64,000 nucleotides of DNA. It comes from a virus. Lineage: Duplodnaviria; Caudoviricetes. The stretch covers positions 256,001-320,000 of the IMG/VR virus record IMGVR_UViG_3300046786_000293; one strand, written 5' to 3'. The translations under genes and the position numbers were made by a program. The notes beneath the pieces were generated by a model. That model ran no database searches and was not told the DNA's origin. It saw nothing but the letters and a program-made list of their open reading frames with translations. Numbering within the stretch: the first letter of the stretch is position 1; every line of letters starts with the position of its first letter. Below, one piece after another: positions 37,017-47,266 of the stretch.

Positions 37017-37665
37017 ATTGTATTGAATTAATTAAGTCGTAGTCTTTTTTATAGTAAGATTTTATTTTTTCTACGGCGCTGATATTATTATTTAGATTTT
37101 TTAAAAGTTCTTCTTTAAAAAACTTATGACTATAGTCCAACTGGGAATTGTTCAGTAGTCCTATATCTATAAAAGGAGTATTATTTTCGGAGAATTTTTC
37201 TATTAGAGTTTTGTTTAACCAACCTCGAATATTATCCTTGGCATTTAAAAAAACACAATCATTTGTATCTATCCCGTTTAGGTAATAAGATTGCAGTTCA
37301 GTATGGTCGTCAAATACCACTTTGTCGACTAGTAATTCGAAAATGTCTTTAGTTATACTTTTAATGGTATCGCCGTGATACATGCTCAAATATTGAACCA
37401 TACCCGAGATCCAACGTTGATAAGGATCGCGAAGTATTACTAATACTTTTTGATTTCTGTTGGGTTTGTATATTTCTTGGTAATAGGCACTGGACCACCC
37501 CATGTTCCTAAGCCCGTCAGTTACAAAAGAACTGGCGTTCTTTGGTATTACAACGTATAAAAATCTTTCAACGCCTGGGCGATGATTGGCTAAACAAAAA
37601 CCAGCAGTAGGACCAAATCTGTCATCCCGCTGCCAGTATTTGTTAAAGTCAAAATCAATCAGCAT
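37006..37665 (-). CDS. Sulfotransferase family 2-like protein
   Basis: IPKNASS (5'-PSB loop), ILRDPYQRWISG, HTELQ, YYKKDYDL. Confidence 0.75.
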   Translation of the reverse strand: MLIDFDFNKYWQRDDRFGPTAGFCLANHRPGVERFLYVVIPKNASSFVTDGLRNMGWSSAYYQEIYKPNRNQKVLVILRDPYQRWISGMVQYLSMYHGDTIKSITKDIFELLVDKVVFDDHTELQSYYLNGIDTNDCVFLNAKDNIRGWLNKTLIEKFSENNTPFIDIGLLNNSQLDYSHKFFKEELLKNLNNNISAVEKIKSYYKKDYDLINSIQYEN

Positions 37666-38396
37666 TACTTAGTTTGTGCAGGTAAGATATAGTTGTAGTC
37701 AGCAATACCGCTGTCTACAGTAATCATTGCGGCACCTTCGTCACTGATTTTAAATGTCTTGTCTCCAGGCAAACTTAAAATACTGATGACAACTCCTACA
37801 GGCCATGCCCACGCTTTAGTAAGATTTCCACTAACACCAGTTTGAAACACAAAGTTACCAGCATGGCTACTATGATCCCCGAAGAAGAATTTCAATTCCC
37901 CGTTTTCTGTTTTAGCAATAAATGTGTTTTCTTCGCTATTGGCACTAGCTTGGAAACGTAGACGTTGAATACTAGCATTTGTTGGCACAATATCAACACT
38001 CCACTTAACGCCTTTGAACTTAACAGTCTTGAGTTTGTCGTTAACAATCTCTGCACTCATAAAACGATAGTCGTTCTTAAAATCGCCTGCTTTGTTTTCA
38101 AAGTGTACACCGACTGGAATCTTATCTCCGTTTTTGTCTTGTTTGTTAACAGTAATGCTGGCATCTTCTTTATATTCTGGAATATTAAGAATAGTGTTTA
38201 GTTTGCTCAGGTTAGGCATGCCAAATGTGCCCACAAACTCTCCTACGACGCCTTTAAATTTGGCTTGTAAAATAACGCTACGATCTTCAGCAATTGCTTC
38301 TAGCGCAGTTTCATTTTCTGTACCTGTAATTTTAACTAGGTCGATTACGCCTAGATTATGTGTATGCTGTACAATGTCTAATAGATGGTCTTTCAT
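37665..38396 (-). CDS. DNA polymerase sliding clamp (gp45-like)
   Basis: 243 aa, near the polymerase; ends GAAMITVDSGIADYNYILPA. Confidence 0.65.
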   Translation of the reverse strand: MKDHLLDIVQHTHNLGVIDLVKITGTENETALEAIAEDRSVILQAKFKGVVGEFVGTFGMPNLSKLNTILNIPEYKEDASITVNKQDKNGDKIPVGVHFENKAGDFKNDYRFMSAEIVNDKLKTVKFKGVKWSVDIVPTNASIQRLRFQASANSEENTFIAKTENGELKFFFGDHSSHAGNFVFQTGVSGNLTKAWAWPVGVVISILSLPGDKTFKISDEGAAMITVDSGIADYNYILPAQTK

Positions 38397-38441
38397 AAGT
38401 TCTCCGATTAATAGTGATTTTATATGTTTTATTTAGAAAAA

Positions 38442-39386
38442 TCAACGGCTATAGTTTTTTATTTCACCTAATGCCTGATGAGTTTTTACCGTTTTTAGTG
38501 CCCCAGGTTTTTTAATACAAACCCAAGATTCGTTTTCTATAGTGTTTATTTCTATCTCAAATCCAAGTTCTGTACATATAGATAAAATAAGTTCGTCGGT
38601 CATCCAACTTTTATTTCCTATCTCTGCAAAATTTACACCTATCACGGTATTGCAATTATTATAAGAAAATAACATTCTGCCCCCGGGTCTTAGTATTTTA
38701 AAACAAGATTCTAAATATTGTTTAGTTTGCTGTGCAGGAAAATAATCGAATACATTCCAACTAAAAATAAATCCGAATTGATTTTGGGGAAGTTTATCTA
38801 AATTATATGGGTCGCTAAAATCTAATAGGTACTGTCTTAATCTTCTACGATACTGTTCTGGAAATTTAATAGATGTAGAATCTAAAAACTCTTGATGTAT
38901 ATCTACTAGATATAACGGATCACTGGCAACTAACAGAGGAGTCCACTCTCCATCTCCGGGTCCTATTTCTAAACAAGCATAACTAGGATTGGTATATTTT
39001 TGTATAACCGACAGAACTTTTTGTTTTGACGAATCTGATGGAATAGTAATTCTATTAGATCTTTCCAGCTCATAAGTAGTACAAGCTGAATATTGATTAC
39101 CGTTATCTGTAGTATAACCTTCAGTATCCCATGTATTGATTTTTCTGTCAATGTCCTGTTTAATTTTACTGTTCAGATCATTGAGCAAGGATTTAGTATG
39201 ACTTAAGACATTTTTTAGATCATTTAAATCTTGGTTTAATTTTTCAACAAATTCAGTGTACTCGGGGTCGCAGGTTACAACTACGTTTACTAAAGAACTT
39301 ATATATTTTTCGTATTCGGCAATAAGACGACTATCGTTAATAACGGATATTTGATTTTTGTTTTTAACTAAGTTAACTAATTTCAT
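38442..39386 (-). CDS. Class I SAM-dependent methyltransferase with an N-terminal coiled coil
   Basis: CLEIGPGDG, LVDI, FSWNVF, ILRPGG. Confidence 0.8.
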   Translation of the reverse strand: MKLVNLVKNKNQISVINDSRLIAEYEKYISSLVNVVVTCDPEYTEFVEKLNQDLNDLKNVLSHTKSLLNDLNSKIKQDIDRKINTWDTEGYTTDNGNQYSACTTYELERSNRITIPSDSSKQKVLSVIQKYTNPSYACLEIGPGDGEWTPLLVASDPLYLVDIHQEFLDSTSIKFPEQYRRRLRQYLLDFSDPYNLDKLPQNQFGFIFSWNVFDYFPAQQTKQYLESCFKILRPGGRMLFSYNNCNTVIGVNFAEIGNKSWMTDELILSICTELGFEIEINTIENESWVCIKKPGALKTVKTHQALGEIKNYSR

Positions 39387-39387
39387 A

Positions 39388-42069
39388 TTATTCCCAACTA
39401 AACAAAGAATCAAATGTTGTTTTAATATCGGTACTTTCGGCTATTTTCCACTCAAGTACCCCTAACAAGTTCTCTACCTTTTGATCTACGATGCCAGCTT
39501 CCATTAAATCTTGATCGAATGGCAAATCTTTGAACCATTGTGGTATATGTGTTTCGTCTGTAGGATAACCTACAGATGTATAACCTAATGGATTATCTCG
39601 TAGTTTACACACAATAGTTTTCATACCGTCAACGATCTGCATACTGTAATTGTCGCTATGCATACGGCGTAGACTGTTCCAGTTCATTGCCGCACGAACG
39701 TGTCCGGGCATATTAGCTTTGCCTAGCCGTTGTTCGTCAGCAGTATACTTGGTCAAATTATTAACACGCTTAGGTGTGCCCTTTTCCCATGCAGGTCTCT
39801 TTTGAAACTCTAGTTTAAAGTTGCGTACCTTCTCGATAACACTTTCACGTTCTGCACCTGTTAGTACATCTAATAGAATCTCACTTAAAAAGTCCTGTAC
39901 AACCTTTGGAGTATCACTGCGCTTCAAGTCCAAGCCCATAGCTTTTACTTTACCTGGTTTGCCACCGATATCTTGACGTTTTCCTTCTTTGTCAATAATA
40001 AGAACCGCATAACGTTTCTTTTTAATAAACAATCCCTTACTGGCAACAAGCTCTCGGCCGCCTTTGATAATAGCACCATTTTGTCGGGGACAATGAAATG
40101 CCTTTTCCATAAATCCTGGGAACGATTCATTTACTTGATCTGCAATAGTATCATAGAGTTGAATACAAGTGTCATTATTCCATTCCATGCGACCTGCTTC
40201 AATATCTGCTTTGAGTGCAGGATAAGCACTAAAATAAACAGAGTCAGTATCACCATAGATAATTGCATCGCCCACATGATCATATGTACCATGAATACAT
40301 TCGTTAACAAAACTATCCATATGCTTGGCAATACTGCGGCCAGTTAGTGTAGTCGATTGACCAATTCTGTGATCAAAGAAACGACAGCCTGGATTTAGAA
40401 TAGCACCATACAAACTGTTCAAGTTAATCTTTTTAACTAACTGACGTTTATCCCAATATTCCTGATCCTCGGGAGTTGTGGACTCTTTAAGTTTGGCCTG
40501 CATCTGCTTACGTTCAGCATACCAACGTTCCAACAAGCCTGGAACAATACCTTTACGTTCATTGGTAAAGATAGTACCGTTGGCACTCAATACCCACGAT
40601 TTGTTGCTATCGAATATAATACGCCAAACATCTGCGGCGCTGACTACATCGCTAGTACCATCTGCTTCCCAGTCGATAGTAATCTCTGTTCCTACATCTC
40701 CACGCATTACTGCCTCATATTCTAAACTGGCAAACAAACCTTCCCACGCCGCGGCAAAACTCATACCTTGTGCCATACGGTCGGCAATGAGTTTGTCAGT
40801 CATTATAGGTCTTAGTTGTCCGACAATTGTTTCTGGTCCCATGTTAAGGGCACGAATAGCCGAGGGATAGAGTGAGTTAATGTCAATGGCTCCAATGTCT
40901 CTGTGCATTCCTTTTTTGGGATGAGCAACGTAGGCACCTGCGGCCTGCGTTTCGCTGGGCCCGTCATCGTCTGTGGGCTCGATTCTTGCTTTGCGGTTAG
41001 GTACGACCAATCCTTGACTGTGTGCTTCATTGATAATTGCCTGTTCAGTGGTTGCTACGGCCCCCATTGTTGTCTGCAATAACACCGTGTTATCGTGAGC
41101 AATGGTATTTGCCAAATCTAAGAAACGAAGTTTCTTATCCAGTTTCGCAATCAAGCGAGTATCTTGTCTGTTGTATTCTAAGAACTTTTCGAAGTCTTTG
41201 TTATACAGTTGATCCAATGTACCTTCATAAGGAGTCTTGCGCTCGTCTAGTTCGTATTCCCCGATGGCATCCAAACTATAACTGTGACGTTCTTCATAGG
41301 TATACTTACGATACAGTTGCATATAGTCCATATGGACACGACCAATCAAGTCGAATGTAATGTTTGTTGCACCATATCGTGCAAACTCACGCTGTTTAGG
41401 AAACTGTCCCCACAAGCACAAACGACGAGTGTCGTCTTTACTTAGTACCCGGGTAATACGTCCAATAGTATACGGAATATCGTAGCCTTCACTATTCCAG
41501 CCAGTTACAATATCTGCATCATCAATTAAATTTAAGAATGTATCTAATAGATCTTCTTCCCGTTCAAAAATATAGCAGTCAGTATGTTTACGTGAAATTT
41601 CCTCCGCAGTTTCCCACGACATCGACTTTGGGGGGATAGCCAAGGTGACCAGTTTATCCAGCCAGTCTAAGTATACCGAAATAGCAGTAATATTATTAAA
41701 TGGATCGGTGGTAGGAGCGAATCCTTTGACAGGGTCAAAGTTCGCCTCGATGTCGAAAAATGCTGTTTGTAACCGAGGCGGTTCTGCACCGAGATAGTTT
41801 TCTTCGAGACAGCGAAATACTGGCTTAAAGTCACTTTCCCACAGTCTTTTGTTACCCTGGATACGAATCTCTTTCTGAAATTCTTTGCCGTTGCGAGTGG
41901 CAAATCTTGAAACGGGAGTTCCATAGATAGTGCGATGTTTGCCCTTGGGGTCATCGTAATAGAATATGTAATTGGCAGGATATTCCTTATATTCTCTAAT
42001 GCCGTTTACACGTTCTACAACATGAATACGATCACGTTGCTTGTCAAATAGTGCGTCTACGTAACTCAA
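39388..42069 (-). CDS. Family B DNA polymerase (T4 gp43-like)
   Basis: Exo FDIE, GWNSEGYD, YNRQD; Pol DINSLYPS, KINLNSLYG, YGDTDS, KKRY. Confidence 0.97.
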   Translation of the reverse strand: MSYVDALFDKQRDRIHVVERVNGIREYKEYPANYIFYYDDPKGKHRTIYGTPVSRFATRNGKEFQKEIRIQGNKRLWESDFKPVFRCLEENYLGAEPPRLQTAFFDIEANFDPVKGFAPTTDPFNNITAISVYLDWLDKLVTLAIPPKSMSWETAEEISRKHTDCYIFEREEDLLDTFLNLIDDADIVTGWNSEGYDIPYTIGRITRVLSKDDTRRLCLWGQFPKQREFARYGATNITFDLIGRVHMDYMQLYRKYTYEERHSYSLDAIGEYELDERKTPYEGTLDQLYNKDFEKFLEYNRQDTRLIAKLDKKLRFLDLANTIAHDNTVLLQTTMGAVATTEQAIINEAHSQGLVVPNRKARIEPTDDDGPSETQAAGAYVAHPKKGMHRDIGAIDINSLYPSAIRALNMGPETIVGQLRPIMTDKLIADRMAQGMSFAAAWEGLFASLEYEAVMRGDVGTEITIDWEADGTSDVVSAADVWRIIFDSNKSWVLSANGTIFTNERKGIVPGLLERWYAERKQMQAKLKESTTPEDQEYWDKRQLVKKINLNSLYGAILNPGCRFFDHRIGQSTTLTGRSIAKHMDSFVNECIHGTYDHVGDAIIYGDTDSVYFSAYPALKADIEAGRMEWNNDTCIQLYDTIADQVNESFPGFMEKAFHCPRQNGAIIKGGRELVASKGLFIKKKRYAVLIIDKEGKRQDIGGKPGKVKAMGLDLKRSDTPKVVQDFLSEILLDVLTGAERESVIEKVRNFKLEFQKRPAWEKGTPKRVNNLTKYTADEQRLGKANMPGHVRAAMNWNSLRRMHSDNYSMQIVDGMKTIVCKLRDNPLGYTSVGYPTDETHIPQWFKDLPFDQDLMEAGIVDQKVENLLGVLEWKIAESTDIKTTFDSLFSWE

Positions 42070-42356
42070 TTAATTAACATCCTTGCTAGTGCTACACTAT
42101 CAATTGTAACAAGTAATAGATAATTTGCAAGCATTCCGGAACTTCGACGAGTCCACGCTGCCCAACCAAATATAGCACATTGTAAAATAAAAAGGGGATA
42201 AAGAATTAAAAATGGTGGAGTGGGAACGGTAAGCATCATAGTAAAGCTACATGCAATACTCAATACCCATGCCACAATTTCTAAAAAACATCTGACGGGA
42301 TTTGATTTCCAATCTTGTTTAATCCAATCTAATGTACCTATTAGGATATCGTTCAC
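42066..42356 (-). CDS. Small membrane protein
   Basis: Three hydrophobic segments. Confidence 0.75.
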   Translation of the reverse strand: MNDILIGTLDWIKQDWKSNPVRCFLEIVAWVLSIACSFTMMLTVPTPPFLILYPLFILQCAIFGWAAWTRRSSGMLANYLLLVTIDSVALARMLIN

Positions 42357-42619
42357 AGAGTCTTGCCAACAGTTTCTAAGATAGTGTTAAGTTCGTCGTG
42401 ATCTCGATTGGTTTCGCCCAGTTTAGCTTTGTGAGCAATTTTGATTGCTTTTTTCAAGGTACCTGATTTAATTTCAAGTTCTTCTGCTACGGCTTTGATA
42501 GTATCATTGAGGCCTGCGTTTAGGTCTTCGACTTCTTGAAGAACTTGCATGCCTTCATTGATAAGTTGAGTAAGTTTAATTTTGGCGTCGCCGTTGAAAC
42601 TACGATTGTAATCTGACAT
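42353..42619 (-). CDS. dsDNA-binding protein (T4 DsbA/GapR-like)
   Basis: Helical; IKAVAEELEIKSGTLKKAIKIAHK. Confidence 0.65.
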   Translation of the reverse strand: MSDYNRSFNGDAKIKLTQLINEGMQVLQEVEDLNAGLNDTIKAVAEELEIKSGTLKKAIKIAHKAKLGETNRDHDELNTILETVGKTL

Positions 42620-42630
42620 ATTTTCTCCTA

Positions 42631-43761
42631 TTAGTTGCTAGATAAACTTGTTCCATGATTATTATACACTTTTTCAACCGACAATTGCAATACTTTCATT
42701 GCTCGTTGTGGCCAGTGTTCGGGCACTTTATTTTGATCAGTCATATGAATACCAAAATGGTTCCATGGGAAATTAATTTGTGTTTTGTCCAAATAGTGCT
42801 GATCCCTTGCTATGTTCATTACGTTATGGTCTATATTGGGTGCGACAATAATTTCTTTAATGTAAGGTTTCCAAAACGCCGGCAAGTCTTCTAAAGTGAA
42901 TTTATAGTCTGCACCGTTAACAGGATCTACAGAGTATAAATTGCTAGCCATAGGATTAATGTTTACACAGTCAGGATCTCTGTCGTCAAAGCCATATCGA
43001 ATAGTCATTCCGTCAAAAAAATGGGGAGGTAATTCAACAGGCGGACAAACTTCCGCTCCAATTTCACAGCACCAATAGCCGTCGTAGTGTCTGAACTGTT
43101 CGTTGATTGCACTATAAATTTTGTTGCGAGGCTGTGCTACTCTATTCCAATCTTCAAATCTAAAAAACTTATTTTCGGGACGTTGTTGTTTAATGTACCA
43201 GTATAAAAATTGTTTTTTAATTACACGTATACTATCATTGTTTACTTGTTCGTATACTGTGAATTTTCCATCTGCTGTTAGATAACCACCGAATACATAA
43301 CTTGTCCTAACATGTTCGGGATAGTGGCTAGTCATTAATACTGCGGCTGGATTCGGATCATTTAAAATAGTTTTAAGTCCATCTTCAAATAATTCTGTAT
43401 TGCTGTCCATGAAGATATGATCTTCGTTGGCATTAAAGAAGACTAAGTCATCGGGAATAGTATCAATTAGTTGCGCTATTTCCATCCATTGGTTCATATA
43501 ATCACAACGATGCCAATAGATAATAACTTTATCTTCGGTTAACTTAGATTTTATCCATTCTTCCATTTCCTGTTCTCTACCCGTAAACTCAGCTAGGTCC
43601 AAACAAAAAATATATTTGGATACTAAATGATCTAAAGGCGCAAGGCTTGCAAAACTGTACTTGGCGATATCGAACCGACAGTCGGTGCGTAATGTATATC
43701 TTTTATTTAAATGGGGGTGTAGACGAACGTCTGTGATTTTACAATTAAACCAAACTATCAT
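42631..43761 (-). CDS. Hypothetical protein, possibly glycosyltransferase-related
   Basis: 376 aa; FFNANEDHIF, FRHYDGY. Confidence 0.65.
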   Translation of the reverse strand: MIVWFNCKITDVRLHPHLNKRYTLRTDCRFDIAKYSFASLAPLDHLVSKYIFCLDLAEFTGREQEMEEWIKSKLTEDKVIIYWHRCDYMNQWMEIAQLIDTIPDDLVFFNANEDHIFMDSNTELFEDGLKTILNDPNPAAVLMTSHYPEHVRTSYVFGGYLTADGKFTVYEQVNNDSIRVIKKQFLYWYIKQQRPENKFFRFEDWNRVAQPRNKIYSAINEQFRHYDGYWCCEIGAEVCPPVELPPHFFDGMTIRYGFDDRDPDCVNINPMASNLYSVDPVNGADYKFTLEDLPAFWKPYIKEIIVAPNIDHNVMNIARDQHYLDKTQINFPWNHFGIHMTDQNKVPEHWPQRAMKVLQLSVEKVYNNHGTSLSSN

Positions 43762-43775
43762 AATATTATTGAAAA

Positions 43776-43857
43776 GTGCTCACTCTAGAGTATACAGTAG
43801 CGAATTGTATATGTCAAGGCAGCAGCCGCCTACCCGGTCCTAAGGCACAGGTCTAGT
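43776..43857 (-). ncRNA. Unassigned structured RNA candidate
   Basis: GC-rich intergenic island after TAAATA (43862-43867); hairpins AGGCGG-CUG-CUGCCU and UAUACA-AUUCGCUAC-UGUAUA, closed by GUGC/GCAC. Confidence 0.5.
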
Positions 43858-44852
43858 TAAGTATTTAGTAGATTGTAATCGGTCAATCGAGAGACCAAAT
43901 TTGCTCTAAATGAATCTGACAAAAAGTATTCTCTATTATACTCTATTTCTTTAATTTTGGCAGCGAATAAATCTGCCAGATTATTGTAAATTTTATCTAA
44001 TAGCTCTAACATACAATCTATTCTAACCATCATATCGCTATGTGATTCGTAAGCATGATTATCTAGTATATCGTCGAAGCATTCAAACCCCAATGATCGC
44101 AATGTGTCTAGACTATTCTTGCCGTTTACTGAAAGAAACAATTGGCCTGCGGCTAATGGCTTACAAGTTTTTTCACTAAAGAACGTATATGTATATGCAG
44201 ACTCTGTGATTAAATTTAAATAGCAATCTGCAAATGCCGGGTGATAAAATGAATGATCGTTGTCCCAGTGATTATCGCCAGGCACACATTCTTTATACAT
44301 TTGTGTTTTTGATATTTTATCGCATACTTCTAAAGGCAAATGATTTACACCCAATTGAAACGCAGTTAACTCTTGTCCATTGTAGGGATTTTTAAAACCA
44401 TAACAACTTACTAAGTTATTTTTGTCTAATTCTTTTTCCAATAGTCGATATACCAAATACAGTCTATGTGGTGCGGGATATCTATTTAAACTACTAAAAT
44501 TATATTTTCTATTAGACGATATAGTGTAATCATGCTTAGAATATTCTAGACTAGATGCATATAGCCATCCGGGAAAAAATATAATGCGGTCTTCTTGATA
44601 AGTTGCATCAGCAGTTAGATAATAAACATCTGCGCCTATTTGTTGATCTAATATATTTTTTACATCTATTAGATTTGGCGGTTGAACGCTACGATCATGA
44701 TCTTTGGTAAAATCTAAAATGACTGGACCATTGATCTTATTAAGAATATCTTTGTGATTTAAGTTATTGGATTGATCGAAGAGTTGTTGTGTTTGAAAAT
44801 CAAAAATTACCGGTATGCATGTATACCGGTAATCGGGGCGCCTAAAAATCAT
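43857..44852 (-). CDS. Hypothetical protein, exostosin/glycosyltransferase-like C-terminus
   Basis: FSSLNRYPAPHR, LNLITES, FSEKTCKPL, GFECFDDILD. Confidence 0.65.
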   Translation of the reverse strand: MIFRRPDYRYTCIPVIFDFQTQQLFDQSNNLNHKDILNKINGPVILDFTKDHDRSVQPPNLIDVKNILDQQIGADVYYLTADATYQEDRIIFFPGWLYASSLEYSKHDYTISSNRKYNFSSLNRYPAPHRLYLVYRLLEKELDKNNLVSCYGFKNPYNGQELTAFQLGVNHLPLEVCDKISKTQMYKECVPGDNHWDNDHSFYHPAFADCYLNLITESAYTYTFFSEKTCKPLAAGQLFLSVNGKNSLDTLRSLGFECFDDILDNHAYESHSDMMVRIDCMLELLDKIYNNLADLFAAKIKEIEYNREYFLSDSFRANLVSRLTDYNLLNT

Positions 44853-45287
44853 TTATTTTAAACTAGAACGTAACATCCATGCATGTTTGTCATGAGCGTC
44901 CATGCGCTCTGCCAAGAAGTTGCTTAAGCCATGCTTGCCTTCGCGTTCGGATAAGTCATAGACTAGTTTTAGTACTCTAACAATTTTTCCGCTGTCTTCT
45001 AATAGTTCCGCTACCATTGCTTCTTTTGGTGGAACTTGTGTTTCGTCGTCGATTTGACTTAGCATACTTAGACGACTAAAACTAGCAGGAGTATAACTGC
45101 CTAACTTACGAATATTCTCTCCAAATGGATCGATGCTGTCCAACACTTCTTCGTATATCTTACCAAATAAATCATGATATTCTAAAAAGTCAGATCCTTC
45201 TACGTTGAAGTGGAAGAAATGTGCTTTTAGATAAAATGCAAATTCTGTACTGTATGCAATTTTCATTGCTTTAATTAGTTCATCCAT
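44853..45287 (-). CDS. dps: Dps / ferritin-like DNA protection protein
   Basis: KAHFFHFNVEG..F...HDLF...Y......D..GE.IR; HDKHAWML. Confidence 0.92.
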   Translation of the reverse strand: MDELIKAMKIAYSTEFAFYLKAHFFHFNVEGSDFLEYHDLFGKIYEEVLDSIDPFGENIRKLGSYTPASFSRLSMLSQIDDETQVPPKEAMVAELLEDSGKIVRVLKLVYDLSEREGKHGLSNFLAERMDAHDKHAWMLRSSLK

Positions 45288-47265
45288 TTTTCTTTACCTT
45301 CTTAACTCGTTGTTGTCCACGTGGTACGCTACCTACAGGGCTAACGAAATTATCATCGCCTATTGTAGCCGCACTAACTGTATGCTTACTTAAATCATAT
45401 TCAGTAAATGTGCGTGTTGCTTCTAAATATAATTTTTTAAAGTTTTGGTTGCTTTCACTTAGGAACCAACCATTATTGTCTTTTCTAAGTCCGAACTTGT
45501 TGCGTAGTTCTCCTGCGCTGGTTCCGGATATTTTAAAATAGCGACGACTTTCGCTGATACTATTGTTTGTTCTTTGTAGTCTTTCCAGTACATCTTGTAC
45601 AGCCAGATCTAAGTCGCTCATGCTGCCGATTTCGCCGTATTTGTCTACAACGTCCATAATAGCGTCTCCGACTACTTCGTGTCCAAATTGACGTACAACA
45701 TCCCCCTCTATTTGATTTAGTGCCTTGAAAATAGCATCGGCTAAATCTAGTCCGCTGATTGTTTCGCTAATTGGAATGTTTTGAATATCTAATATAGCCG
45801 CTGGCTTAGGACCACCACCGCCCGAAGTTGGTGGCTTAGGTGGAGTACGTTGTCCGCTTGGTGGTACATACACTTGTTGTGGTGGATATGTTCTGGTAGG
45901 TTGTGTGCTTAGTACAGGAGTAACAGGACCTATACGTTGTTCCGCCATGCTTTGCTTCTGACGCCACACACTGGAATTCTTTAGTCTGCTGGTTGAACCC
46001 CAAGCAATGCTACGACCGTTGAATACAAAAATCAATTTGTTCAACACCACAGCAGGGCTATGTGGATCTGAGCCAAACTCGCCAGAAACATCACCTATCT
46101 TACGAGCACCCTTGGACTCCAAGAACTTCCAAAACTTTTCAACTGCTTTGGCTTTATGCCACTTGGGTTGATCCTCTGGTTTCAAATCACGGTCAATAAA
46201 AATGTATCCTGGGTCTTTGTATCGTGAGCCATCACCACGAGTCCACATTCTCATACCGGGATTTTTATAATCCATTGGATAGTATGGGCTCCCGCTCATT
46301 TGTTTATTAAATTCAGAGATTAGGCCTCTAATAAAATCAATGGTAGGAGATTCGGTTATAGTATCTTCCGCCACACCTGAATCAGGTCTTGCTGTCATCA
46401 TGGCACCGGGATCAATATTGCCCTTGTTGTCATAACGATGCTGAACACCCTTCTTACCTGCTTTGACTAGTCTTTCCATTGCGGCTTTGGCATCACGATA
46501 GTTATCGTGTGTGGTGGTCTTGATCCAATCACCACTTGAATTGCGATAGCCTACATGAATTTTGCCTTCCGCCACACCTTTAACATCCCAGGTTTTATGG
46601 CACTGGTGACATTCCTTCTCGCCATCACTGTATGTTTTTATGTCGGTGGAATGACAACGCGGGCACTGGTATTGTTTGCCCAGACGACCTTCGTTGCCAT
46701 CATCGCGGATTGGGTGTTCTTCGTCATCGTAGCCTTCCGCCACACCTTGACTTTTACTACGATTAAAATCTCTTGTTGCTTGACGACTTCTGGCGCGGGT
46801 GCTCGGTTCTTTGTATGCTCTCCAACGATCAACCTTTGTGCCACACTTGGTGCAATGTAATACACCATCCATGTCATCGTGGATGCTGGTTTCTTGATAC
46901 TTGCCCTTCTTACACTTTTCGCAAGTCTGACCAGTCATATCTTTTTGTGTAGAGCCTTCCTCCACACCTTGCTTGGTTCTAATAATCTCACGGTCAAGGG
47001 CTCTGATCTCTGATTTCAAATCAACTAATCTTAACTCACCATTTTCTAATGCTCGTTTAATCCCCAATTTAGTATCAACTAAATCAGTAACTGACATATT
47101 TTGAATCTGACTTAGTAGGTCTGCATAATACCCAGCATAATAATCATTGGTATCGTCATCGTCTAAACCTTCAGACACACCTTCATTTAAATGTGTGCAA
47201 TTGCAAGGCGTTTGCCCGCACACATTACACATATCTCTACTTTCAAAAAAATCAAATAATTTCAT
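45280..47265 (-). CDS. Modular protein with repeated GV(A/S/E)E linkers and Cys-pair (Zn-ribbon) modules; likely internal head protein
   Basis: Starts MKLFDFFE; five GVxE linkers; CxxC pairs (CNVC..C.C, CEKC..CTKC, CPRC..CHQC). Confidence 0.75.
   Translation of the reverse strand: MKLFDFFESRDMCNVCGQTPCNCTHLNEGVSEGLDDDDTNDYYAGYYADLLSQIQNMSVTDLVDTKLGIKRALENGELRLVDLKSEIRALDREIIRTKQGVEEGSTQKDMTGQTCEKCKKGKYQETSIHDDMDGVLHCTKCGTKVDRWRAYKEPSTRARSRQATRDFNRSKSQGVAEGYDDEEHPIRDDGNEGRLGKQYQCPRCHSTDIKTYSDGEKECHQCHKTWDVKGVAEGKIHVGYRNSSGDWIKTTTHDNYRDAKAAMERLVKAGKKGVQHRYDNKGNIDPGAMMTARPDSGVAEDTITESPTIDFIRGLISEFNKQMSGSPYYPMDYKNPGMRMWTRGDGSRYKDPGYIFIDRDLKPEDQPKWHKAKAVEKFWKFLESKGARKIGDVSGEFGSDPHSPAVVLNKLIFVFNGRSIAWGSTSRLKNSSVWRQKQSMAEQRIGPVTPVLSTQPTRTYPPQQVYVPPSGQRTPPKPPTSGGGGPKPAAILDIQNIPISETISGLDLADAIFKALNQIEGDVVRQFGHEVVGDAIMDVVDKYGEIGSMSDLDLAVQDVLERLQRTNNSISESRRYFKISGTSAGELRNKFGLRKDNNGWFLSESNQNFKKLYLEATRTFTEYDLSKHTVSAATIGDDNFVSPVGSVPRGQQRVKKVKKNG
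46366..47181 (-). repeat. Dispersed 12-nt repeat GGTGTGGCGGAA (Gly-Val-Ala-Glu)
   Basis: Exact copies at 46366, 46567 and 46735; variants at 46957 and 47170; also 51651 (exact) and 51846 (variant). Confidence 0.85.
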
Positions 47266-47266
47266 A

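Noticed and set aside
39388-42069. Intein or intron in the DNA polymerase (also checked thyA)
   Set aside because: Reading frames are continuous, lengths are normal, and no intein splice-junction or homing-endonuclease motifs were seen.
43776-43857. tRNA, twister, twister-sister or pistol ribozyme assignment
   Set aside because: Only scattered short matches; no cloverleaf with a 7-nt T-loop and no complete ribozyme consensus. Left as an unassigned RNA.
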